A DNA stretch of 64,000 bases from Lama guanicoe (lineage: Eukaryota), in the NCBI GenBank assembly GCA_013239625.1, contig MU056050.1, forward strand, positions 7,083,838 to 7,147,837. The letters run 5' to 3'. The notes below the pieces were generated by a model. The model saw only the letters and a program-made list of their open reading frames with translations. It was not told the DNA's origin and did no database searches. The position numbers and the translations under genes were made by a program. Shown here piece after piece: positions 12,019-22,927 of the stretch (within the stretch, counting starts at the first letter, position 1; each line of letters starts with the position of its first letter).

Positions 12019-13097
12019 CTATGTAAAAGTGCAAATATAAGGGAAGATAAATTGGGTGTTTCCCATATGATGGTACTACCTATTCTGATATTCCCAAACC
12101 ACCTTCTGGGTTGCTTTTTATTCCCTGAACTACAGGAAAGGTTGTCAGGGACCTCTAAGCAAGCCTGGTCCACCAACTCACCATGCTATACTCATTTTAT
12201 TAGATTCTCTGTTATTGTGGCTGGGACAACAGCAAAATGTAGAGCAGAGTGATTAAAAGCATTTTACACAGGAATTATTCATAAATCAGGAGTTTTAGGA
12301 ACATGAGTTTCCAAAGACAGCTGAAATCAACTTAAGGACTGACTTCAAAAAATAAGCAGATTTGAATTTCCTTTAAAAATAAGTGGGTACTGGCCTCTCT
12401 GTAATTCCCAAGTCCTTGAACAACCTCTCATGTATAGACAGGTCTGCAGACTGCCAGTCTGGGACTCCGCTAAATCATGGCATATCATGGCATGATTCCA
12501 TGGAATGTAAGACCCAGGTGATGGGGAACTGGACCTCACCCTTGATAAAGGAGGAAGAGAAGGAACTATAATTCATCTCTTTGCTTCCTGAGGTATTGGC
12601 TTGGCCTCTGAATGGTAACATTGAAATGTGTGTGGGTAAGAGCTGAATGAACACACACAGTTGCTTGGGGAATAACACCTGTTTATATTAGCGTCAGATG
12701 ACATTATAGAAACTCTCTCTCTTTGACCTTGCAGTAATTTCCTTAAACTCAAGTTTGAAATGTGCTAAAGACACCTTCTTTCCCTCTAAAGACTATGGAC
12801 ATGGGTTTCCCAAGCTCAGGGATTTGTAACTTGGAATTCTTCTTCAGTGTGTCTTACCTCTTGGCTCCTAGTGATTCCAGTTTCTCAGGTAGAAACTCTC
12901 CTCCCTAGCCATGGTACCAAGGTTCCCAATCCCTGTTACCTCTCAGTCTACTTTCCTTTCTCTCCATATTGAAGACTACAGGGGGTTAAATAATGTCTAA
13001 TACTTTTTTCTTCCTGCTTTTAATTATTTCTAGTACTTTTACAACTTTCTGGGATCCATAATATGTCTGCAAAAATATGCATTAACTTCGGTCATAC

Positions 13098-13228
13098 CTC
13101 TGCTTTATTAACAGCTCTTGGTCTGGAGTTGATTGTTTATTTTCCTGTAACAGCCAATCTTGGAACTGTGTATTGTCATAGGCTCTCTTGGTATCACACA
13201 ATTTGTTTACTTGTTTCTCAGTCATTTT
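13098..13228 (-). pseudogene. FSIP2L: FSIP2-like exon 5 (131 nt, open)
   Basis: Strong polypyrimidine tract ttttttttctctcag| KMTEKQVNKLCDTKRAYDNTQFQDWLLQENKQSTPDQELLIKQ-AG |gtatga. Phase 0 to 2. Confidence 0.85.
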
Positions 13229-13587
13229 CTGAGAGAAAAAAAAATAAAGTTTTTATATTGGCCAGAAATAACCCTGTCCTTTGATATATCTTCTTATATT
13301 TAGGGCTTGGTAAACTTTCTGTAGTTTACAAATGGTTAATTCTATTAACCTGCATTTAAGCCTAGTGTGGCTCCACTCCAGACAAGGAAAATTTCTCTCT
13401 GTGAGTGAAAGGCGAAAGTCTCATTTTTATCTCATAGATCCCTAGAGATATTTTTCGATTTGTTACCATAATACTTCTAGGGCAGAATATTATAAGAAAA
13501 TATTTGGTAGAGGACAAAATCTTTCTTCCAGACCCTACATAAAAACTTTCCTACAGGCCTCAAATAAAAGAAATTTATTTAACTTAC

Positions 13588-13681
13588 TTGTTCTCTTATA
13601 CAGTTTCTTTCAAAGTCTAATTTTAAACTGGTCAGATATTGCCTGTACTTATTCAATTCCTTTAAGGTACATATGACTGAC
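13588..13681 (-). pseudogene. FSIP2L: FSIP2-like exon 4 (94 nt; GTCA duplication)
   Basis: tttttatag|GTCA-GTCATA..., then VICTLKELNKYRQYLTSLKLDFERNCIREQ |gtaagt. Length is 90+4. Confidence 0.92.
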
Positions 13682-14421
13682 CTATAAAAATAAAAAACCA
13701 AACCAAATACATAAATAGAAAGTTGTAACAATCATGAAACTTTCCAGAGAAAAGAGTCATAAGAACATCCATTTTAGTAACAATTTTGGGATCGAGGGTA
13801 ATGATAATACATTTTGATAATAATTTAGAAGGCAATATTGCGCTACAGTGGCTGTAACACCAGGAAATTTCTATCTAATAATATTACTTCAATAATACGG
13901 TGCACATTATAATCAGGAATTTACTATTCCCAATGAATTTGTTATTAAAATGCCAGTATAATAATGATGTTTAACTTTCAGAAGAATTTATTCTATCAAG
14001 CTGTATTCTGCTAGGTTTCCATTTTGTCTTTAGTCTTCTCAAAGGGTACAGGAAATATTCCTTGACAGGTATACAGTGCCATTATTACTTTCAGAGCCAA
14101 AGGAAAGGCACTATAATGTAGCTGGGAGAAAATACATAAATAAATGTGTATGTGTATGTCTTTACATATTCAAATCATTTAATGCTTTTATTTTGCTTTT
14201 ATCAAAGAGAAAAGGTCAAGTGAGAATAAGCAATTTTGTTTAGAAACAGCTGCCTGATTTCTCTTTACCTAAATACTAAGTAATTCATTGAATTTTCTGT
14301 TGGCTATCCTTTATTGGTCAATTAAAAGCTGACACAGGCTCCCAGTGAAGTACAGAAGCAAGCGTCCAACAAGTCCACAGGTTTTTGCTGGTTAACAGGA
14401 AGCAGGCATCAACCTACCTAT

Positions 14422-14583
14422 CTTATTATTGCTAGTGATGTGGCCACCTTTCTTTAATCTCCTCAGGATAGCTTTTCGCCTGTAGTATGCTTTTAAATGT
14501 GGATCATGCAGGCTTTTATAGCTAGGTTCCAGGAGTTGACAATAAGGATAAGTCAGGTTAAAATTTTAAGAACGTTGATAAAG
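14422..14583 (-). pseudogene. FSIP2L: FSIP2-like exon 3 (162 nt; premature TAA, donor GT->AT)
   Basis: tttgcag| LYQRS*NFNLTYPYCQLLEPSYKSLHDPHLKAYYRRKAILRRLKKGGHITSNNK |ataggtaggt. TAA at 14568-14566. Confidence 0.93.
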
Positions 14584-16075
14584 CTGCAAACATACAGATT
14601 CAAAAGTATTACATATGTAAAAGGAATGCAGCCACACTTTAAACCTCAGTTTGTTGAAACGATAAGGCTGTTCATTGGAAATAAAACATGCAAGCAGAAT
14701 CTGAGGTGAGGAAATAAAGACAATGGGCTGATTTGGGTAAATCTAACAGAGCTGCCTTTAGGTTGGAAGTGGCAGCCGCACCCTCAGTCCCATTCCTGGA
14801 CACTGAGTGTGGCCCTAAGAGTTCTTGCAAGGATATTAAACATGAGCAAAGGGGCCTGATGTGTTCTAGCTTTGTTTTTCCATTTAAAAGTTTCTTTTGT
14901 AAGTTTCTGACTGCTTGATTGATGCCAGCCTCTTGTGTCTCTCAAGAGACCTATATCAGGAAGCTGGACTCCCTGACTACCAATGCTTTCTTAAAATGGC
15001 AAAGAAAGACATCCTTCTGGGCCATGTTTTAATTTACAGTGAAACTAGAGAGAAAGCCCATATCTTTCCTAGAAGGGAAACAATTAACAATGATGGCAAT
15101 TGAAACAATGCTGCAATTAGCAGGTTGATTATTGCTCTTCTTTTAGATGTTGACTTTTGTTGGTGATGGCATGTGTTAAGCAAACCTTGGATACCGACCT
15201 ATCAAGAAAGAACAAATCCATTCGTTAAAGCCAGAGTAAGCTTTCTATTGTCAGTCAAAATAATTGGTTTCCCTAAACTGAAGAATCTATTATATCATCA
15301 CTACCTGCCAGAGGGAGATCATAGGGGAGACTTTTAAAAGTATGTAAATTGTTCTTTTCACTTCACATGGTATCTTTTCTTGAAAGCAAAATGTCTAGGT
15401 TAATTGGCAAGATATTTACTATTAACTTTACAATAAAACCAATTTAAGGAGTTTGTGAACAGGTGCTACCCAAGTATAGTATACTAATAAGGAAGTCAAT
15501 TTATAGATAAATTATTTGAGAATAAGTTTATTATCAAAATGTTGAAGTACAGGATCAGTTGTCAGGTTTCGATTAATGCATAACTAGACAGATACAGTAC
15601 ATTGTTATATTTTAATCTCATTGAAAACAAGACTGTAGAATACTATAATTTCCCTCCCACTTGCATTCAAAACAATATGAAAGAACTTTAAATTCCCTGT
15701 TTCTGCTAAAATGGTCTGCAGTTAAGGAAGCAGCAAGGTCAGGTGAAGTAGTGTGGCCCATGAATCAGGGAACGATGGTTCTGGTCTGAATTCTGCTACT
15801 ATCTACCTGTGACCTTGGAGCAATCATAGCATTACCTTACAAGGTAGTCATGAGGGTAAAGTCAGTTAAAGAAAAAAAACTAAGTGTGTAAATATAAAGT
15901 CTTACTTCCTCGAGGAGACCTTGCTAAAAGACAAAGAGGGATTCCACTAAGTTAGTCTTCAGGGGAGTTGAATGTAGTACCTGATCATGATTAAATGCAT
16001 TTGGGGGGAATCAATACAATATAGAGAAAATCAGTATAATTAAGTATGAAAAAAACTGGAAATAAGAAGTCGCTA

Positions 16076-16190
16076 ACAATGAGTGTGTATGTCCATGTAT
16101 GACTGAAAAATTGTGCTGAACACTGGAATTTGACACAACATTGTAAAATGATTATAAATCAATAAAAAACGTTAAAAAATATTAAAAAAG
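16076..16190 (+). mobile_element. Very short young L1 3' end in pseudogene intron 2
   Basis: Same 3' terminus as the L1 at ~61090-61200. TSD AAGAAGT(C/A)GCTAACAA at 16064-16079 and 16191-16206. Confidence 0.9.
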
Positions 16191-17182
16191 AAGAAGTAGC
16201 TAACAAGTGAATAACAGAGGAACAGAATTGAAATATGGCAAACAGGAGATATCTGAGGAAGAAACCAACAGAGAGAGCTACAGTTACAAACTAAAAAGGA
16301 GTGTTATTACTAGTAGTGAAATAAGTTTTGAGTATGTTTTAGGAAAGCTAATTTGTGGAAGTGTAACTCAGTCAATTTCTGTGAGTTGGCATATATTTAG
16401 TAGAACATTGGTTTTGAAAATAGAAATCATATTGTTTTTCAGCAATAAAACTTTAAAAATCATATATATTAGACAAGTATCAAAAATACCAAGGAGCCCC
16501 TAGTCATCCCTTATGACACCAGAGAGTGGAAGGGTAAGGATGTCATAATTATTCCTGTAGAATCTTTTGCTATTGTGATCAAAGCACACACTCAACCAGA
16601 AAGTTCTGAACCTCCTTCAGGCTTGACCTAAAGCTAAGGACACGGTGGGGAGTGTTAGGCAGAGGACTTAAAATGTCTAAGAATGTGAGTGCAGCACCCT
16701 TAACCACTAACAGTACTTCCAGTGCTGAGAGAAACTGCTTATACTGCAGACCAAGGGCATTGTAAAAGGAAAGATGAGACAATTGGAAGTTGGGACACCT
16801 GGGAAAGATTTCATACAATAGCTCTTGAAAGATGGCTCAGCTTGAAGGTTGAGAAGGAGAGGAGAGTGCATGACACTTTTCAGAAGCCAGATGGACAAAG
16901 GGACAGAAGTAGGAATTAGCATGGTATGTGTGGATAGGCAGAAAAGATCCCAACCTTTAGAAGCTGAGCCTCGGCGGAAGATAAGGATGAACTGTGGCTG
17001 AAGCCTATCATGGGGTTTTCTATCATTAAAGTGAGGGTCAGACACTGAACACCAACTCATTTAACTTCACTTGGTGCATGAAACTGAAGTTGACTCAGAG
17101 CAAAATCATAACAGTGTTTCAAGTTTAATAGCAAGCTTAAAATGGTCAAGAAAATCACTTACGCACTATTACAACAGTTTAC

Positions 17183-17314
17183 CTTTTCACTTAAATTTGT
17201 AGTATAAAATATATTATTACTTTCTGGGATAACAGGCACCTGGCCCCAAGAGGGAGATCCAATAGATGAGAGGCTCCGACCTCTGGAATGGATTTTTTGT
17301 TTGTTTTGCGAGTT
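17183..17314 (-). pseudogene. FSIP2L: FSIP2-like exon 2 (132 nt; +1 and -1 indels)
   Basis: tgatag| acceptor and AAG|gtaaac donor. IPEVGASHLLDLPLGA is in a shifted frame and VPVIPESNNIFYTTNLSEK is in frame. GCC-AG-GTG lacks one A of the Lys codon (17240-17241). Confidence 0.88.
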
Positions 17315-17439
17315 CTATCAGATACAATTAGAAAGTCTGTCTTTTTCCCTAGAACTACTTTTAGTTTAGACCAATCAACGTAAACTTCAATGGGCTAATA
17401 CCCCCCAATAAACCAAAGAATCCTATACTCAGGCTTGAA

Positions 17440-18140
17440 AGAACCCGCCCTGCCGACAACCCAGAAGGCCTCCCAGTTCCCCCGGGATCACCAACCCATC
17501 TCTGGGTCCTGTTCAAAGCTAGTCCCGGCCAGAGGCGGCTCTAGTTACTGCCAGGTGCGGGAGCCGGAAGCTGAGTGTCAAGGACCCGCCGGGTCCTCTG
17601 CTGAAACCTCCTCCTCTTCCGTCTGCCCGCCTTCCTTCCCCTCCGAGACGCAGCCCGGGAGCCCGGAGGGAGAGGACAGTGGGCTGGCCGCTACTCACGG
17701 AGTCGCACGGCTTCCTGTCGGCAGTTACGCTGCAGGAGGCCGCCTTAGCGGCGGAGGCTTCGGCAGTCTTGCAGAAGTTCCTGCGGTACCGACCCAAGGC
17801 CACCCGTTAGCCCCCAGGGGGCCGGGGGATGGGGTCCGGCAAGCCGTCTTCGCTTCCGCTGTTCACACACGCCTTTCCGGCTCTACGCCCACATCAAGTC
17901 TGGGCCGCCCAGCTGGTGGTCGCCCGGGTAACGCGTCCCCAGGCCACGCCCCTCACAATGCTGCCTTTCTGGATGCAGCACTGACGTCCTCAAAGGGCGC
18001 CTCCCCAACGGGCGTCGCCTTCAGGGGAAGGGAGGGGGCGCTGTGACCACGTAGGCAGCCGCCTGACTTTCTGGCGCAGGCGCAGGCGCAGGACTGAAGC
18101 CTCGCAGTTTAAGCGCCTTAGACCCGGGAAAGTGATCGAA
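17440..18140. promoter_or_regulatory. CpG island / promoter of the FSIP2-like locus
   Basis: The only CpG-dense GC-rich stretch in an otherwise CpG-depleted window; it overlaps exon 1. Motifs: GGCCACGCCCC (Sp/KLF, 17942-17952), TGACGTC (CRE-like, 17982-17988), GCGCAGGCGCAGGCGCA (NRF1-like, 18074-18090), CCGTTA (MYB-like, ~17804-17809). Confidence 0.85.
17699..17797 (-). pseudogene. FSIP2L: FSIP2-like exon 1 coding part (33 codons, start codon is TTG)
   Basis: GCC-TTG-G at 17797 opens (L)GRYRRNFCKTAEASAAKAASCSVTADRKPCDS, followed by a GTGAGT donor (17698-17693). The 33 codons align end-to-end with recalled FSIP2 MELYLGACSK...QQCRD. An in-frame TAA lies three codons upstream, so there is no upstream ATG. 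Confidence 0.75.
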
Positions 18141-18219
18141 ATCCCTGGTGTAACAGGCCCATAGTTGAGATTACCAATCTCTGAATTCAGCACCCCATCA
18201 TTTAAATTAAACCAGAATG

Positions 18220-18960
18220 GGGATGGGGAGGAATAAATTGGGAGTTCGAGATTAGCAAATACAAACTACTATATATAAAATAAACAAGGTCCTACTGTAT
18301 AGCACAGGAAACTCTATTCAATACCTTATAATAGCCTATAATGGAAAAGAATATGAAAAGGAATATATACATATGTTGACTGAAATAAATATACAGCCTA
18401 AAAATTGAGTTATGTTTTATTTGGCGGACATTTCTGAGGGCTCGAGCCCCTTTGAGCCCAGGATGACAGCCTCTCTGATCGCTCTGAGGGACTGCTCTGA
18501 AGAGGTAGGGGAGAAGCTACGCTATATAGGAGTTTTACAACAAAGACTAGGTAGTTGGAACATCAAAAGATTACTCGTTAACTAAAAAAACCCCCCCAGA
18601 TATCTCAAGTTAAAGAATTTAGCGCTTTTCTGTGAATGGGAGGAAGCAAACATTTGGACTCCTTGAATTCATTCCTTTGACAAGCACCTAGCTATGTAGG
18701 GCCAGTGTCCTGTCCTTTCTTGTTCTGAGTCCCCTCATGGCGCACCATTGTGAGTGGCTGCAGAGGCTGGGCTGCAGGCTTGTCTTCACTGGGAGGTGGC
18801 GGCAGCCATTGATGACTTGATGGCGTCAGCATTCTTTGTTTAGTGATGTGGTTTGCAGTATTTTCGTTCACACATATGTAACCGAATCACTATGCTGTAC
18901 ACCAGCAATTAACATGACATTGTGAATCAACTATACCTCAAAAAAAGAGAAAAAAAAACG
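18220..18960 (+). mobile_element. L1 3' end, split by a solo LTR
   Basis: L1 3'UTR (ctactgtatagcacagg...gaatatgaaaaggaata / gaatcactatgctgtacacc...poly A). TSD TAAATTAAACCAGAATG at 18203-18219 and 18961-18977. Confidence 0.9.
18374..18872 (-). mobile_element. ERV solo LTR (~499 bp, 4-bp TSD, ERV1-class)
   Basis: TG...CA termini flanked by CATA/CATA. It interrupts an L1 3'UTR precisely, with minus-strand TATATA (~18523-18528) and AATAAA (~18416-18421). Confidence 0.85.
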
Positions 18961-19457
18961 TAAATTAAACCAGAATGTATCAAGCTTGGTCAGTGGGTAG
19001 CTGCCTGTAATTCTTCTAATTCTTCCTGACACCCAAGAAGTTATGATCCTGTTCAACACATGCCTACAAGTAATTGTGTAGCTTGCACTAGGGCCAGAGG
19101 CCAGGCTTTACACATCTGCCCCCTTTATAGTCACTGTGACCCCCACCTCCAGGTCCCATTTAGGACACACTGGTTTTTCCAGGATTCAGTGCTGTTTTCC
19201 TCTGTCTTTCTTTTTCCTATTTTGTTCTCTTCATATCTCTGGCCTCCTCGTTCTCCCTTTCTCTTTCTTCTGTTTATTTATTTCTACCATCTCATTAGAT
19301 TAGCCAACATGTATCTGCTCTGTGCCAGACACTGTGCTGCGTGCTGAGGATATAATAGTGAATAAAACATAGTCCCTGCTGCCTGGGAGCTCACTAGATA
19401 GTAAATACATTAAGAGCTGAGACTGCACTGGAATTCTCAGGAGTTTGTCTCCATGTT

Positions 19458-20279
19458 CTTTTATGCATCTTTTTATTGTGCTAAAAATGCAGAACATAAA
19501 ATTTACCATCATAACCACTTTTATGTGTACAGTAGTGTTAAGTATATTCACATTGTTATGCAACAGATCTCCAGAACTTTTCATCTTGCAAAACTGAAAC
19601 TCTGTACCCATTAAACAAGTCTCCTTTCCTCCCTTCCACCCAGCCCCTGGTAACCACCATTCTGTTTTCTGTTTCTGTGAATTGTACTACTTCAGATACC
19701 TTATATAAATGATATAAGTGAAATCAAGGAGTATTTGTCTTTCTGTGATTGGCTTATTTCACTTAGTGTAATGTCTTCAAGATTCATACATATTGTAGCA
19801 TGTGGTATGATGTCTTCCCTTTTTAAAGCTGAATAATATTTTATATGTATATATCACATTTTCTTTATCCATTCAACTATTAATGGACATTTAGGTTGCT
19901 TCCACCTCTTGGCTATTATGAATAGTGCTACTATGAACATGGGTGTGCAAATGACTCTTTGAGACCCTACTTCAAAAATTTTTGGATGTATACCTAGAAG
20001 TGGGATTGCTAGATAATATGGTAATTCTATTTTTAATTTTTGGAAGAATCTCTACTGTTTTCCATAGTGGCCACACCATTTTACAATCCCACCAACAGTA
20101 CACAAGGTTTCAATTTCTTCACATCCTTGCCAACACTTGTTATAATCTTTCTTTCTTTTCTTTTTTTTTTGGATAGGAGCTCTCCTAATTGGTATGAAGT
20201 GATATCTTGTAGTTTTGATTTGCATTTCTCTGATGGTTAGTGATGTTGAGCATCTTTTCATATGCTTATTGGCCATTTG
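19458..20279 (-). mobile_element. L1 (L1MA/MB-like) 3' fragment with TSD
   Basis: ORF2 C-terminal similarity (MANKHMKRCSTSL..REMQIKTT). TSD TTGTCTCCATGTT at 19445-19457 and 20280-20292. Confidence 0.9.
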
Positions 20280-20324
20280 TTGTCTCCATGTTTTGGTCTA
20301 CTTCTTTGTTATCTCTTGGTCATT

Positions 20325-21130
20325 TAGTAACAATACCTACCACCTATTGAGAACGTAATTTCACGTGTTATGCTAAACCTTACCTCATTTAATCTTCACG
20401 ACAACTCCATCTATATTTACTCCATCTCTATAGATGAAGACTTCGTTCACAATGGCAGTGGCTAATATGTGATGGAGCTGAGATTTGAATCCAAGTTAGC
20501 AGACTCCAAAAGACGTATTCTTAATCAATACACTGTACTCTTTCACGTGTTCTTGTTTTAACTCCATGTATATGATTACAACTCCTGCATTTAAAACTGT
20601 AGCCTGGTTGTAGACACTACTGCGAGCCAAACATCTCTACATGGATATCTGACAAGCATTTGAAATGGCCATACTCAAAACTCAACTCAACCTCCCCTCA
20701 CTGAAACAGAGTAAAACAAAGGCCTCATTATTCTTCCTATATTTCCTCTCTCTGTGACTGGAGCCTGTTCTACCCAAGCCAGAAACCAGAGAATGCTCCT
20801 AGATGCCTCTCTTTCCCTACAACCTTGACATTCAATCCATGTCTAAGTCCTACTGTTTTTACCTCCTAAATATTTCCTGTATTTCTCCCCTCCTTGCCAC
20901 TTTTCCTACCACTGCTCCATTTAAGCCACTCATCACTTCTTGTCCACACCATTATCACAGCCTCCTAATATCTCCCACCTTTCACCTCTCTAATTCATCT
21001 TTCATTCCGCCACAAAGTGATTTTTCTAAATTGCCAACTGATCATGTTTCTCCCCTGCTTAAAACCCCTAATGACCATAAGGAAGAACGAAAACAAAAGC
21101 CTTTGTGACTTGGTCCCTGTCTACATCTCC
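20325..21130. mobile_element. MIR followed by L2 fragment
   Basis: ctcatttaatcttcacgacaac...gagctgagatttgaatccaag (MIR); caatccatgtctaagtcctactgtttttacctcctaaatat...ctgatcatgtttctcccctgcttaaaacc (L2). Confidence 0.7.
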
Positions 21131-22486
21131 AAGACACTATTGGACTCAAGTTTAATTAGGTCCCATTTATTTTTGTTTTTGTTTCCTTTGCCTTAGGAGT
21201 CAGACCCCCCCCAATACTGCTATGATTTATGCCAAAGGGTGTTCTACCTATGTACAATGCCTATTTTCTATCCAAAAGGGTCTATTAGGCACCACTTGAC
21301 ATCTTTCTAGGGTCTTCGCAAATAATCTTACAGTTACACTTAATCTTTGCTGGCTTGGAAAGTTAGAAATGTGAAACAATTTTATTTTTTGACCCAGAAA
21401 ATCCTGGCTCTTCTATATTTCATCTAAAATTCTGTTTGCAAATTCTGCTAAGCTTGCCCTCTCTTTCCGTACATTATGACGTGCAGCTAAATGTTAAATG
21501 ACACTATCAACATTCTGCATGATTAGACATTCTCTTTAGCTAGATACACAAGTTCGTTAGGTACATTTTTTCCATCTTCCAAGTTACTGCAGGTGACACT
21601 TTTGCCAATTGTTTTGCTACTACATGACATGGGATGTTATTTTCCAACCTCCTACTGCAGTTTCCTCACCACTTTTAGAGCTTCTACTTTGTTCACCAAT
21701 TTCCCAGCCTTTACTAACATTTTCCTTGCTGCTTTTCTAGTCTCCAGCCAACACTCAGTCCCAAAGTTAATGCACCCGTTTTAGTTTTTTTTTTCCTTAC
21801 AATAGCACGTTACTTCTGAGTACCAATTTCAGTGGTCTAATATGGCATTACTCAGGTATGTGTGGCCTTGGTTATGGAGGTTGTAATAGCTGGAATGTCT
21901 GGGCCCCTCTCTCCACATGTCCTCTTATCCTCCTTCAGGGTTCAGCCAGAGAAGCGGCAGAGCCAGTCTATGTTTTATGAAATAAAGACCTTTAAAAGTA
22001 GGCATTGGGCCTTACACAACTTTGGAAGATTTGGAGAGTCAGAAGATCTGAGAAACTGTCACTAAGCAACCATGCAGAAGTGCTGGCATGGGTAGACAAA
22101 TAGGAGTTTTCAGGGACATCTGAGAAGTTAAACATGTTTAGTCAGTGAATTGCAACAGTGAAGGGGCCATTGGTGGGGAGGTTGAAGGAAAGCTGGAGCT
22201 TCTGGGCCACTTTCTATGGGTGCGCAGCTAAGAATATGTTGGTGGTCCTGGTGGATCCTTTTAGCATTCCATCTTGATTTATTTATAGGCTAAAAACATA
22301 TTCAAGAATTTTTCTTTAGGGTGAGGGAGAAGCCATAGCTGGGACTCCATTGAATCCCCAGGCTCTTAGACTAAAATCATGCTCAAGTTCAAGCAATGAA
22401 GAAGAAAGCTAAAAGCCAAAACAAAAAGATTATTTAAAAAAAGAGAAACCTCTCAGTCTAAGCTAATTATATCTCCCCTCTCCCCG

Positions 22487-22487
<1 letters not shown>

Positions 22488-22523
<36 letters not shown>
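22488..22523. repeat. (CA)n microsatellite
   Basis: About 18 CA units. Confidence 0.95.
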
Positions 22524-22526
<3 letters not shown>

Positions 22527-22927
22527 CAACTGTGTCCAAGTAACCCACAGACAGGAAAAAAAAAAACGAGAAACAAAGTAACAAGAAACAGAAACAGAGC
22601 TTCAAAATACATGAAGCAAAACTGATAGACATGAGAAACGCAATAGATAGACCCACAATTATATGTGGGGAATTCGACACTCCTTTCTCAGTAATTGATT
22701 AAACAAGTAGAAAGAAAATCAGTAAAGGACATAGGAGACTTGAACTAAACTGTCAACTAGAATAATCCAAGTGACATTTATACACCACTTCATCCAACAG
22801 CCCCCAAACACACATTCTTTTCAAGTTCTCATGGAATATAGGTCAAGACAGACCATATTCTGGGCCATAAAACACGTCTTAAGTTCAAAAGCATTTAAAT
22901 GATAAAAGTATGTTTTTGGATAACTTT

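Larger units (their letters stand above)
10565..17797 (-). pseudogene. FSIP2L: FSIP2-like (FSIP2L-type) unprocessed pseudogene, exons 1-8; 3' end not determined
   Basis: Eight minus-strand exons with AG/GT boundaries in consistent phases translate to motifs colinear with the FSIP2 N-terminus as I recall it (LLDLPLG, FYTTN, PYC.LLE..YKSLHDPHLKAYY, CTL.ELNKYRQYLTSLKLDFERN, YLDMI, RRKL.LRR.IE.EWK.KEMLLLT, LLEKK.AYHL.KMQ). There are six lesions in exons 1-4. Paralogue rather than FSIP2 itself is inferred from the strong divergence of exons 1 and 5; the symbol is tentative. Confidence 0.88.

Noticed and set aside
17435..18046. 203-aa + strand ORF across the CpG island
   Set aside because: Starts at TTG and has a Gly/Ala/Pro/Ser composition typical of GC-rich DNA. 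It is antisense to the FSIP2-like exon 1 and shows no recognisable homology.
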